From positions 27,670,061 through 27,734,060 of the forward strand of contig JARFYF010000053.1 of the NCBI GenBank assembly GCA_030265395.1: 64,000 nucleotides of DNA. The letters are read 5' to 3'. This DNA is from Rhina ancylostomus. Lineage: Eukaryota. The notes under the pieces are model-generated. The model saw nothing but the letters and a program-made list of their open reading frames with translations, ran no database searches and was not told the DNA's origin. Shown here piece after piece: positions 25,701 to 37,920 of this stretch. The translations under genes and the position numbers were made by a program. Within the stretch, counting starts at the first letter, position 1; every line of letters begins with the position of its first letter.

Positions 25701-28700
25701 TAGAAGGGAATCCTGTAGATTGTTTTCACCTACCTGTCCAGCTGCTTGTCATTGTTGACCTTGCAAACCCCACAAGTCATTGGTGTGTTATTGGCTTCTT
25801 CATTATTGATGACATTATATTGGTGCTGAACACAGAATTATCAGAATGCAGGTCCTCATCACTGTGATAAATGGTCAATATGAAGTGGTTTAAAGTTGGT
25901 TCTCCAAGGNNNNNNNNNNGAAATCTTTTTGAGGAACTTTCTAGTGATCACCTGGACTTCAGATCACTTTTTTTTGTCTTGCATGACTTTCCTCAATCAA
26001 AGTAGAGCTCCATGGTACCAGTCCCAGTCAATTGTTGCCTAGATTTACAAGCCCTTTTCATGGCTTTCATTCTAACCTGGCTGTGATTCAAGATTGAAGC
26101 TTAATATTTTCTCCAGAAACTGAAAATGTTTATCAAATTATTGGGAGCAAATTGGGAATAGCATTTCAGCCTTGATCCTTGTGCTAATTTATTAGCTGCA
26201 CAGTGGTTAGGGATGGGGGTGTTCTCTGGGCATTTTTGCTGGCTGATGTAGGGTGGTGGTACTTAGTCGTCTGTTTGTGGAGCTGCTTAACTTCGTGTAG
26301 CATGTTTTTGGTAGCAAGTCTGTAGGGTTGCTCTGTGTGGTTTCACTTGGTTCATCTCTTATTAAGTAATCTTCAGTGCTGCTCTTGTCATTGAAATGGT
26401 AGTCATTGCTTGACACTTCCCACAGTACAGTGAAATCAAACCCATTTATTTACCTTGGCTTTCTATGTCTTGATGTACTTGACCAGTAAAAATCTTTGAT
26501 TTATTAATTGAATTGATGTTTACTGCTTTTTGCAGAAAATTTCTACCACCCTTTTGAATACTGTTTCTTAATCCATCCTGAATGGCTCAAGTCTCTGAGT
26601 TTTAATTTTATTCTCCTATTTGAGACTCCCATAACAGTAGGGAAACTCAAATCAAAATGACCCATGATCAGTCAGTTTCTGTAGGAAAAACAAAATTTTT
26701 GTTTCTCAAATTTGGGATCCATCCTCCCATGTATCAGGTGGGTGGTTAGTTTAGACAAATATTTAAAGTATGAGAAATCCTTTCAGTAGTTCAGGTTAAG
26801 GTGTAANNNNNNNNNNNNNNNNNNNNNNNTTGTAATTTGGATATCTTCAATGTGAAACTGTTTCTGCAGTTTTAAGAATGTTGTGTAGCTTGTGCCTGCT
26901 TAACTTCATATTGTGCAATGGTCATGTACCACCAAGTCCAGAGGTCATTAAGAGCCACCATTGGAACCATTTGTTCCTGTAAGTGGACTTGGAGCCATTT
27001 TATAAATGTGGGGAGAGTAAAAAAAAAATCCATGTTTTCTTTTAATTAAATCCTGCCTTTTCAAATCTTAGACCACCTGATAACTAGCATATACGAAAGA
27101 CAGTCATGGTGCATCTATATGATACAATATAGTTTGGGGTAAGTTCTTGAACTATGTAGGAGTAACATGGCAGCCGAAAGCATGTCTACTTTTATTTTTA
27201 TTTTTAGGGACAATCAGGAGTGGGACTTGATGCTCGTAGCAGAAAATGTTTAGCTCTGCAAAGCTACCCATCGTTGTACCATGTTTTCAACTTTTGTATG
27301 CCAGCTGAGGTTAGAAGTATAAGAGTGAGGCGTGAACATTATTAACTTAATAGTGTCATTATAAATGAGCAAGCGAAGATCAAACCTTCAAATAAAAATG
27401 CATCCTTTGTCAGTTCAGGCAAAAAAATTGGTTAACATTTTACATGCAGTTGACTTTCAATACAATTTTATTGAGACTACAAACTTAATTTGCATTATGA
27501 CATCAAGGATAGAATGGGAATGAAACAGTTCATCAACATTGTTCTCTTTTCAGGCAATTTTGGTATCCAACCTGACAAGAAATCACCACCTGAAGCCAGG
27601 TTTGCAAGAAAACTTGGCATGATTGCGGGTGGATCTGGTAGGTAATTGAAAATGACATTGCAGCTGGAGCTTTGAGAATTGATGTGCAAATTTGATGTGG
27701 ATCTGTGGAGTAAATATGATGGTTCTGACTTCTGTAAACATTTTATTCAAATTGAATTTTTCCTACAGTTTTCTTTAATACACTGAAATAGGGTTTTAAG
27801 AAGCTTTTTTTCTCAAGTTTTCGTAGAATGGATAGTGGGGTTTGGGAGTACATGTACTAACATCTATCACTAGATAAGAAATAGGAAGTTGAAAGCCTTG
27901 CCTGGTTTTGCTTCTCTTCCCTATTGGAGGTATTGAAAACGGGTAACTTCACAGCCATAAGTGATGACTCAACACAAAATTCTTGCCTATATGACAGTGC
28001 AAGTACTAACAACCATAGAGGGTTTTCAGGCAAGGTTCAATTGCATGAGAAGGAAGAAACACAGTAAAAATTTAAATATTAAGTATAATGGAATTGAAAT
28101 ATTACCTGGAAATAAATTCAAACCAAGTATAGAATGTTGGAGCAGATGTACCAAACTAAGTAAAAACTGGCAACTCCATCAGTTTGGCAACAGGCTTTTA
28201 TTTAGATGATTTTACTAACTTGTTGCATTTATTCTGTAGGTATTACTCCAATGTTGCAGTTAATACGTGCTATCATGAAGGATCGTGAAGACCCAACCAT
28301 GTGCTACTTGCTCTTTGCAAATCAAGTGTGTAATCTAAAACATGTTTTATGTATTCAAGCTATTTAAGTGTCAAAGCACTGACCAGGGAAAGTAGAGAAC
28401 TCTTTACAGCTGAGATACTCTGAAGTGTAGGAATGCCAATGTAGCAGCCACTTAGTGCAAAGTCCTGTAAACAGCAACATGAGGCAAGATAATTTATTTT
28501 GATTGTTGTTAAGAAAGGACAATTATCAACTTTGATTCTGGAAGAATTTGTTTGCATTTCAAATAGTGTGATAGGAGAACTTTGTACTAACTGAAGTTGG
28601 ACAGGAAGTCTGTTTAATGTTTCTTTGGAAACGTGGCACCTTCAGCACTGCATTCTGAGGCTCTGGTTTGGATTAGGCATTTAAATCCTAGAATTAGTAC

Positions 28701-31700
28701 TTAAATTTTCATCTTTTTCGGAGAGTGCAATCATTAAAAACTTACCAGATCTACATATTAAAGTAGAATTTAAAATCTGACTCATTGATGCCCATACAGA
28801 ATTGCTGAGTTGAAGATTGTATTCATGATTCTCATAGGTGCATAGGATGGTGGGAAAGAACACCTTGTGAAGTTTAGGAAAAATCTTTTTTAAAATCCTG
28901 ATATTGACCATTCAGCTGCTACTTTATCCTACACTGAACTTATTAGAGTGAAAACCATTTAACATTAACTACTGTGGTCTAATGAAGTAAAGGATAAACT
29001 TTTGATAATTGTTATTCTCATGTCATGGAAACTATTCAGGGCCACTTGCTTTAACCTAAATCTGCCTGAGGAAAATTTACGTTGCATCTCTAATCTAGTA
29101 TTATCAAGACACCCATTCTATTATAATGTTGCTATCTAGTGAAATACAAAATTGTCCCACTTAAGACTATTTAAATTGGCCAATTGTCAATTTTACAGCA
29201 AAAACTTCAAATTCATGTCATTCCTTGAATGGAATTAAGCGTCACAAGGCACTTCAATGTAAATAGAGGCTGGAAGCAGTCAACAACCACATTGGAATAT
29301 GTGATCAAAAGCTTGCTCAGAATAGAGCAGACTTCCTGTTAGTGATTTTTGGGAACCTTATGAGAATTTGAAGAAACTGCAGAAAAGGCACTACTACTAG
29401 TGAATGGGACAAAGGAAGTCAATGTACCAGAGGCCAGAAACAGAGGAATGGAGTTCTTGGAGACTTGACAGGCTACAGATAAGGAAGGGTTGCAAACATG
29501 GAGGATTTGAAAGCAAAGATTTTAAATTTGTTAAATTCAGATGTCAGGAGTTAATGTAGGTCAGGAAGTGNNNNNNNNNNNNNNNNNNNNNNNNNNNNNN
29601 NNNNNNNNNNNNNNNNNNNNNNNNNNNNNNNNNNNNNNNNNNNNNNNNNNNNNNNNNNNNNNNNNNNNNNNNNNNNNNNNNNNNNNNNNNNNNNNNNNNN
29701 NNNNNNNNNNNNNNNNNNNNNNNNNNNNNNNNNNNNNNNNNNNNNNNNNNNNNNNNNNNNNNNNNNNNNNNNNNNNNNNNNNNNNNNNNNNNNNNNNNNN
29801 NNNNNNNNNNNNNNNNNNNNNNNNNNNNNNNNNNNNNNNNNNNNNNNNNNNNNNNNNNNNNNNNNNNNNNNNNNNNNNNNNNNNNNNNNNNNNNNNNNNN
29901 NNNNNNNNNNNNNNNNNNNNNNNNNNNNNNNNNNNNNNNNNNNNNNNNNNNNNNNNNNNNNNNNNNNNNNNNNNNNNNNNNNNNNNNNNNNNNNNNNNNN
30001 NNNNNNNNNGAAAAATTTGAAGAAATGGGATTAAAGAACCATTGAGAAAAATTTTCTTCATTTGAATGGAGGAGTTGTTGAACTTTCTGCATGTAAGAGT
30101 GATGGAAGTAAAAACCATCAATTAAAAAAACAAAATTGCTGTTATATATTGATGGACCAGAAAGTAGGAGCATCTTGGTTTTCCTAGCAGGTATGAATAA
30201 AGTTGGCTGAATGGCCTTTCTCTGAAGTAAGTTTATGATCTCCATTTTTTTGCCATTCCATGTCTCATCCTATGATGATCCTGAAGTTGGCAAAGATTGA
30301 AATAGTGTAGATCATTTTTGAGGTTCAGAATCAATCAGATTTATTATCACTTACATACGTCGTGAAATTTGTTGTATTGCGGCAGCAGTACAGTACAAGA
30401 TATAAAAATGACTAAGTTAGCAAAAAATAAATTAAATAGTGCAAAAGAGGAATAAAGACGTAGAGTTCATGGACCATTCAAAAATCTGATGGTGGAGGGG
30501 AAGAAGCTGTTCCTGAAATGTTGAGTGTGGGTCTTCAGACTCCTGTTTGCAATTCAAGCAGTAGTTTTTAACAAAAAAAGTCCTTTTGAAGTGTCTATGC
30601 TAGACTTCAGGCTATTTTGTTCAGTTATCTTCCTTCAGGGATAAATGCTTCAGCTTCTAGTTTTTTCCCAGCAGCTACAAACTTACTGTGCTGAAATTTT
30701 GTTTCCTTTCATCAGACTGAAAAAGATATTCTGTTACGTGATGACTTGGAGGAACTCCAAGCTCTGTATCCAGATCGCTTTAGGCTGTGGTATACTGTGG
30801 ATAAAGCTCCTGAAGGTAGTTAAGTTTTAATACAATTTGGTACAAACATCCATCATTATTTGCTTTTAATATTTGTTTAGTCTTTTCAGACTTCTATTAT
30901 GTTCACAATATGTAAGAACTTCACTACGTACTAGAATCAGCCAAAATCTTAATCCGCAATATATTACAGATGTAACCTTTTGAGATCATCAAATGGACAG
31001 TGCATTGTAGATGTAATCCATTTTCAGAGATTCATTGGTGTGTCTGATTAAAATTTTAACGATGTAATCCATTTTTCAATTGATAAATGCATTTTTATGC
31101 TTTTCTGCTCAGTTGCAGATGGAAAGGAATTGATGGGTTTTAACTTGAAATGTGAACAAAAGTATTAAATCAAAATTGGAGACGTACAGTAATGCAGAGT
31201 TAATTTTGACTGGTTTAATTCTGTAAATTTACTGTAGCTGAGACTCTTTATCAAATTTCCTCAACTTAATCTTCAGTAAAAGTTGAAAATTTAAGTTATA
31301 ATGCTCCAATCACTGGTGTTAAGTTGGATGAACAGTTGAAGAGAAAAATGAGAAATTCAAAGAATTTGTTTTAATGCTGAAATTTCTGTAGAACCCAAAT
31401 TTTTAATAGAATGGCTTAAATGTGATTACTTGGAGCTATTCCTTTTAGTTTGGGATAGCAATAATTAAAATGAACAAAAATATTTTTGCACTTAATCCAA
31501 CCTGAAGTTGTCATACGCAGCAGATGTAATTTAGATGAGTTCAGTTTCTTGTGAATGTCATGTCTGATTTCTCTTTGATATCCAGAAGCTTGATTTAATA
31601 CCAAGACCAATTGACCTTGCTTTAACTTTAAGCAAATGCTGACAAATGCATTTCCACCTAATGGTTCAAACATGTCTCATTGATCTGAGGAAGCAAGATA

Positions 31701-31936
31701 GTCAACTATTGAGACTCAAGTTTTATGAAACAACTCAAATGGGTCTGTTTTTTTTTATTTTAGGCTGGGATTATAGTGAAGGTTTTGTGAATTCTGATAT
31801 GATCAAGGAACACCTTCCAGCGCCTGCTGATGATGTATTGATTCTAATGTGTGGCCCACCTCCCATGATTCAATTTGCGTGCAATCCCAACTTGGACAAA
31901 CTTGGATATTCACAAGGAATGCGTTTTACATACTAA
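19595..31936 (+). CDS. CYB5R1: NADH-cytochrome b5 reductase 1-like gene, coding exons 2-9 (exon 1 not visible)
   Basis: join(19595-19744,19828-19900,20651-20757,23154-23283,27554-27637,28240-28325,30716-30815,31764-31936) = 903 nt, open. It carries the FAD motif [20 protein letters not shown] and CGPPPM. The C-terminal [15 protein letters not shown] matches CYB5R1 (..GYSQKMRFTY) rather than CYB5R3. Confidence 0.9.
19828..19900 (+). CDS. CYB5R1: CYB5R1 exon 3 ([25 protein letters not shown])
   Basis: aaacag| ... g|gtaagt; 73 nt. Confidence 0.93.
20651..20757 (+). CDS. CYB5R1: CYB5R1 exon 4 ([35 protein letters not shown])
   Basis: tttcag| ... aag|gtaata; 107 nt; RxYTP FAD-binding motif. Confidence 0.94.
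21570..22350 (-). mobile_element. CR1 LINE 3' end
   Basis: ORF 22069-22341(-) [36 protein letters not shown], with a typical CR1 3' tail toward 21570. Confidence 0.85.
23154..23283 (+). CDS. CYB5R1: CYB5R1 exon 5 ([43 protein letters not shown])
   Basis: ctgcag| ... aag|gtgaaa; 130 nt. Confidence 0.94.
25210..25525 (-). mobile_element. CR1 3' tail fragment
   Basis: Similar to 21570-21900 and 52060-52340 (cccatcagatcccctttaaat..ctatctatgcc). Confidence 0.6.
27554..27637 (+). CDS. CYB5R1: CYB5R1 exon 6 ([27 protein letters not shown])
   Basis: tttcag| ... ctg|gtaggt; 84 nt. Confidence 0.92.
28240..28325 (+). CDS. CYB5R1: CYB5R1 exon 7 ([29 protein letters not shown])
   Basis: ctgtag| ... 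caa|gtgtgt; 86 nt. Confidence 0.92.
28370..28690 (-). mobile_element. Degenerate DeuSINE (SacSINE1/AmnSINE1-like)
   Basis: The minus strand reads gcagtgctgaaggtgccacgtttccaaagaaacattaaacagac..cactatttgaa, resembling the Deu-domain consensus (recalled, not aligned). Confidence 0.5.
30327..30547 (-). mobile_element. Rex1/Babar-like LINE 3' fragment
   Basis: Reverse complement of the 13190-13418 segment (agaatcaatcagatttattatcac..gttcctgaaatgttgagtgtgggtcttcag). Confidence 0.75.
30716..30815 (+). CDS. CYB5R1: CYB5R1 exon 8 ([33 protein letters not shown])
   Basis: catcag| ... aag|gtagtt; 100 nt. Confidence 0.93.
31764..31936 (+). CDS. CYB5R1: CYB5R1 exon 9, terminal ([38 protein letters not shown])
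   Basis: ttttag| acceptor; stop taa at 31934-31936. Confidence 0.94.
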
Positions 31937-33186
31937 ATGCCAACGTTTGCATTTTGAGTTTGGTAAAGGGGAAAGTAAAGTGGAAATATTTGCACTTCAG
32001 CCTGTGTGGCATTTGCTGAACAGCAATTAAACATGACTTTATTAAATGCAGGTTGCACCTAATGCTAATGTTCACGGCAATGTATTTGTACATGTTCAGC
32101 TATATAATATGGCTTCATCTGTTAATCTCTTGGAGGATACAGAATTGAACATGTTTAATATGCAAGTCAATGTTTGAATTTGAGTTTTCAATGCTGTACT
32201 GAAAACCTTTTTTGAATGCCAAGCACCTGGTTAAAAAAAAATCAGGACGGTGGCATATGGGTAGATGTATTACATTCTTGTAATCTTCAGTCTTGTTTTA
32301 TTTGCACTTATTGTTGTACTACCATTGACTGTTGACACCAAAGAATGTGTGTTCTTCACCTACCAATATTAGTGACCTAATTGTATTTGAGAAAATTCAA
32401 TTAAACTTTAAACCTTTTGATTTTTCTCTTTATGCAGCCTATTGGGTCTCATGGTTTGAAGGAATGAAAGTTTAATTTTGAGCAAAAGCGGCCCGGGCTC
32501 AAAGTGTAATGTTAACCACAACCAATTTGCTCAAAAATTATCTTGGAAAATCCAAAGATTTCTGGGTAGATTAAGGGGATGCTATTTTGATATTCTGGGG
32601 AGCATTTGATTTGTGTTTAATATGCAAGTGTACCAGAGATTATAATGCAAATATCAAACAATGTAGTTGGCAATGTTGAATGGCTATGGTGCAGTAGTGG
32701 CGATTGTTCTAAATATTTAACCTTTGCATTTAGCAGGCTTGGCATGAGGTCTTTAAAAATATTTTATGGTTTTGGTGACTGTAATGTCTGTCTGACCAGT
32801 GTTTTCAGTGACCACATACAGTAATTCTAACTGAAATATGTGTGCCTTAAGTGACTGTCTTATTATTTACTTAGATTTTGGTCTGCAACTCTAAAATTCA
32901 CATGTTCTGATTTGATCTAAGGTTTTTTTAAGTGTGCAACTATAAACTTGGGGTTGTCTGTTCTAACTGACAGTGCCAGAGTCCTCTCTGGTTTTAAAAG
33001 AAGAAATTAGCCCACAAGTTGTATTTTAATTGTACTGCACCAGATTGCCTCATTAGTACAATTGAAATTATTGGTAAGACAAACTCCAATCATTAATTGA
33101 AGTCTATGAATAATCATAGAATTTGTTCTAAAGATTCTTGCAGTAAATTGTGCTGATCACTAATTTTTGAAATGTGTGACACTATA

Positions 33187-33192
33187 AATAAA
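33187..33192 (+). terminator. Probable CYB5R1 polyadenylation signal AATAAA
   Basis: AATAAA ~1.25 kb after the stop, just before a CR1 insertion begins. Confidence 0.5.
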
Positions 33193-33289
33193 GTCCTTTC
33201 ATTGACACAGTTATGCATTTTAATGAATCTTCAATTTGGTTTTACATAATTAGCATTTTAACATAAGAACACTAAACTTTAAGTATTTT

Positions 33290-33930
33290 ATTTTCATATG
33301 GTTGGAGGATGTACAGAAGGACCTGGGTGTCATTGTACACCAATCACTGAAAGTAAACTTAAAAGTACAGCAAGCAGTTAATAAAGCAAACAGCATCTTG
33401 GCCTTCATTGCAGAGGATTTGAGTGCAAGAGCAAGGATGTCTTGCTGCAGTTTATAGGATCTTGAGACCACACCTGGAGTGTCATGTGTAGTTTTGCTCT
33501 CCCTTTTCCAAGAAAGGTTATACTTGCCATTGGAGTGTAGAAAAGGTTCTTCCCAACATGACTGTATGAGGAGAGACTGGGTAGACTAGGCCTAAATAGA
33601 GTTCAGAATACTTCAAAAAACTTCTCATTGAAATGTACAGAATTCTAATAGTCTAGACAGACTAGATGTGGAGAGGAAATTTCTCCTGTGAATGAGGAGG
33701 AGGTTGGTGGGGGTGGGGTTCCTAAAACAAGGATATCTAGGACTCAGATGAGAAATGTCTTCACTGTGTGGTGAACTGATGGCCTTCGCAAGCTTTTGCT
33801 GTCAAATTCCATGTTACTGAATACATTTAAGAATGAGGTAGATTTCTAAATGTAGGACACCAAAAGGTAAGAGAATGGGATATAATACTGAGAGGGTCTG
33901 GGGAACAGGCTCAAGAGCTGGATGGACTTC
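33290..33930 (+). mobile_element. CR1 LINE 3' fragment
   Basis: gaaggacctgggtgtcattgtacac (KDLGVIVH), KANSILAFIA, and agaccacacctggagt (RPHLE). Confidence 0.8.
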
Positions 33931-34099
33931 AGTTATTTTCTGCTGTAAAGGTGCAAGAAAGTAAATATGTAATTGAAGGGAAAAGACAAGTGTCTGGCCT
34001 CACTAAAACCTATACTGAAGAAACAGACCAGGATAACCTAGTGGAAGAAAGAGGAACTTCTCACTAGCATTATGCTTCAGGAAAAAGATGGTTGTGGTT

Positions 34100-34870
34100 G
34101 GAGGTTCAGGCCCTGCTCTATTGTCGGCGTAGCTCATGGCTGTAGCCTGGCCTCTTTACCTTCAGCTGCTTCATCAATGACGTTATTTTGGAAGTGAGGA
34201 TGGTTGCAGATGATATGCAAAAAATAACTGATCATTGCATGATGAAGCAGCCTATGGCTGTATGCAGTAAGATATTGACATTGTTATGGTCTGAGACACA
34301 GCAACTATCAATTGTCCCAAGTGCTTGGCACTAGCCATCTCTAATAAGTAACCCCGATGTTAAGCACCATTCACACCGTGAAATCTCCCACCCTTGTTAG
34401 CACTCATTACAAATACTGTAGCAGAACTAGAACCTAGGAATCCTATGACAAGGAAGTTACCTTCATCTTCAAGGCAGGTCAGTTTATTGATGGATTATTG
34501 TTTTCCAACTGCTTGGTTCAGTGCATTTCCAACACAAAACTAAATGCCCTCGGGGCCAAAGCAGTCTTTGATTTGCACGATCCAGCAACTTGCTCTTCAA
34601 TAGCATTATTACGATGAGCGCCATCTACAAAATATTTTGCAGCCATTTAACACAGCTACTGAAGTAGCTATTTCACAAACCAAGTTCTACCATGGGGCAG
34701 CCGATTCAAGTGAACTTCACTACATGCAGGTTCCCTTACAGTTTATACATCAGCCTTTTTGGGAATATCATTGAGTTCCCATCTGAGAACTCTCATATCA
34801 CCAGGACCGTATTGAAGAAGGTGCCTCATTGTCATCAACTTAAGGGCAATTAATGCTGCTGCTGCCAGCA
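34100..34870 (+). mobile_element. Old CR1/L2-type LINE RT remnant
   Basis: accttcagctgcttcatcaatgac (TFSCFIND), ggatggttgcagatgat (xMVADD), and the tail gggcaattaatgctgctgctgccagc. Confidence 0.55.
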
Positions 34871-35159
34871 GGTTTTTCATTGCACCTGTGAAACGTATAC
34901 TTCTGCATATGACAATAAACTCGAACTTGAATTCGGAATAATAATACTGGTCTTGACTGCGGTGGTAATTTTCCTCAAATGTTTGTAAAATATAAAAAGT
35001 TCGTTTCATTTCAAGTCCAGAATTTCATTAAATACTGCAGGAGAATTTCATAATTGGAAGTCTTCTGAACCCCTTCCATTTCAACCAAGGTTGCCTGCGT
35101 TCTGCAATACATTGGAAATCGACGCTGCACATCACACAAAGGAATGAGGAGCCTCAGGT

Positions 35160-35357
35160 AAAAGCGCAGGATTTATAAGACCGAGCTCCAGGCACAGGAA
35201 CTGGGGTATTCACCACAAGGCACCGTGGAAGCGGCCACGGGACGTCCTGCAGGGCGGAGCGCGGGGGCCAGGATCTCCCGCCACACCGACCGGAACTGAC
35301 GAATTCACGTTTGAACTGAGCGGCGGCGGTTGAAGGGAAATAAGGTTCGTGCTTAAA
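35160..35357 (+). promoter_or_regulatory. CpG island / probable FANCE promoter
   Basis: GC box gggcggag 35252-35259, E2F-like tctcccgcca 35274-35283, CHR-like tttgaa 35310-35315. It runs into the gap 35358-36100. Confidence 0.65.
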
Positions 35358-36100
35358 NNNNNNNNNNNNNNNNNNNNNNNNNNNNNNNNNNNNNNNNNNN
35401 NNNNNNNNNNNNNNNNNNNNNNNNNNNNNNNNNNNNNNNNNNNNNNNNNNNNNNNNNNNNNNNNNNNNNNNNNNNNNNNNNNNNNNNNNNNNNNNNNNNN
35501 NNNNNNNNNNNNNNNNNNNNNNNNNNNNNNNNNNNNNNNNNNNNNNNNNNNNNNNNNNNNNNNNNNNNNNNNNNNNNNNNNNNNNNNNNNNNNNNNNNNN
35601 NNNNNNNNNNNNNNNNNNNNNNNNNNNNNNNNNNNNNNNNNNNNNNNNNNNNNNNNNNNNNNNNNNNNNNNNNNNNNNNNNNNNNNNNNNNNNNNNNNNN
35701 NNNNNNNNNNNNNNNNNNNNNNNNNNNNNNNNNNNNNNNNNNNNNNNNNNNNNNNNNNNNNNNNNNNNNNNNNNNNNNNNNNNNNNNNNNNNNNNNNNNN
35801 NNNNNNNNNNNNNNNNNNNNNNNNNNNNNNNNNNNNNNNNNNNNNNNNNNNNNNNNNNNNNNNNNNNNNNNNNNNNNNNNNNNNNNNNNNNNNNNNNNNN
35901 NNNNNNNNNNNNNNNNNNNNNNNNNNNNNNNNNNNNNNNNNNNNNNNNNNNNNNNNNNNNNNNNNNNNNNNNNNNNNNNNNNNNNNNNNNNNNNNNNNNN
36001 NNNNNNNNNNNNNNNNNNNNNNNNNNNNNNNNNNNNNNNNNNNNNNNNNNNNNNNNNNNNNNNNNNNNNNNNNNNNNNNNNNNNNNNNNNNNNNNNNNNN

Positions 36101-36550
36101 TACCCGGGGTGGGTGTGAAGGAGGTGGTTGCTTACTGGGGCAGGCGTGAGGGGGTGCAGTTATTTGCCTGGGGCAGGGTTGAGGGGGGGCAGTTACTTAT
36201 CTGGGGCGGGGGTGAGGAGGGCCGGTTAGTTACCTAGGGTGAAGGTAAGAGGGGTGTTTATTTATCTGGGGTGTGATGAAAGGATCAGTTGTTAAACTGG
36301 GGTCGGGGTGAAAGGGGCTGTTATTTATTTGGGATCTGAGTGACAGAGACAAGTAGTTAGCAGAGGTGGAGCAGAAGTTCATGGTGTTTAGTTATGGCAC
36401 AGCTGAGAGAACCAGGTATTTACCTGGGCTAAGGATGAGAGGGCCAGATATTTACCCTGAAAGCCAGAATTGATGGGAGGCATTTTCCCAGAGTGGGGTA
36501 AAGGAGCCATGACCCAGGTTTGGGGTGAGATGACTGTGTACTTACCTGGG
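36101..36550 (+). repeat. G-rich degenerate minisatellite (~32-33 bp period)
   Basis: Recurring unit like t(t)acctggggcrggggtgagggggggcagttayt. About 8 clear units to ~36360, decaying afterwards. Confidence 0.7.
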
Positions 36551-37424
36551 GGGCTACTGTGACGTGGCAGGTTAAAAACTAGACAGGGAACCCCTGGTCT
36601 ATCAAGCAATTAGGCATTGTGGTGACAGAGATGGACATCCTGATGGGAGTGGAGGATGATTATTTAGACTAGACCCATCAGCCCTTGACACCATCCTGTG
36701 AGGATTCTGTGTCTGGTATCATTGCAGAAACCCTGGCAGAGGATCAAGTAAGGGTGGGCCTTTAATGAGCATTCTTTCATCCTCCTGTGCAGTTGGCTCT
36801 TCTGCTGGAGCCTACATGGTTTTTTTGAATAAATATTGGTTCTATGATGTTGAAGCAGTGAAATCAAACTGCACCGCATGCTAATTGATGTCACTGCTGT
36901 TCATCTCATATTAAATGAAGACACATCACATAAGTAGAGACCAGCACAAGAATTTCTCATTGGCTGCTGTTTGTGGCATAGGATGCCATTTGCATTTGTG
37001 AACAATTCTGATTTAAATCAATTGCAAGCCCATTAAAAGGTATGTTACATGATGATAGAATTTCTAGACCATAGAGTCATATATATCATCAATCCAATCC
37101 ATGGAGAATCGTTTTTTAAAAAAACTGAATCCAGTAACCATATATTCCAGGAATACAAGTCTGATTCAATTTACCTCTTATAATCTAGCCCTTGGAAGTC
37201 TGCTGTGATCTAATAAATATATATCATATTACCGCCAATATATCCTTAGGATGAGGAGACAAAAGCCTGAGAGTTTAGTGCTGTTGTGTATCTTGATTGA
37301 ATGTGGCAACCAAGTGAGATGTTCCTGCTCTGGTAGGATAACTCCATCTCCATCAGCCTGGAAATCACACATTAGGATCCACTAACCCAGTTGTAGAGTG
37401 TCTGGAGATTGGGTAGCAGAAAAA

Positions 37425-37920
37425 CTTGAGATGGAGTTGTACAACACAGAAATGGTCCCTTCAGCCCACAAAATCCATGCCAATCCATCTGCCTGCATTA
37501 GGAATGTATCTTTCAATGCTTTCAAGTGCCTTTCTGAATATCTCTTAAGTGTAGTGATTGTATCTGATTCCACCACCTCAACCAGCAGTCTATTCTAGAT
37601 ATCAACCAATTTCTCTCTTTAAAAAAAGAACTTTCCCCTCAGAACCCCCTAAAAACCCCTTCCTTCGACTTTCAACCTATGCCCTCTTGTTTTTGATATC
37701 CGTACCATGGAAAAAAGATTCTGACCATCTATCCTATCTTTGCTTCTTAAATACTAGCTATTTCTATCAGGTCATCCCTCAGTCTCTTTCACTCTAGGGA
37801 AATCAAACCCAGACTATTCAATCTCTCCCCATAACTAAATCCAATCTCTTCTGCATTCTCTCGGTACTAACACATTCTTCGTATAGTGTGGTAACTAGAA
37901 CTACACATAATACTCCAAGT
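37425..37920 (-). mobile_element. CR1 LINE 3' fragment
   Basis: ORF 37382-37576(-) VVESDTITTLKRYSERHL matches the CR1 ORF2 C-terminus; tactccaagt at 37911 is the reverse complement of the HLEY region. Confidence 0.7.

Noticed and set aside
29541-30245. ORFs of 159-233 aa (also 35349-36149)
   Set aside because: Almost entirely N-gap translation.
31011-31075. Direct repeat gatgtaatccatttt x2 with a ~25-nt spacer
   Set aside because: Only two short units in an AT-rich intron; not an array, and CRISPR is implausible in a vertebrate locus.
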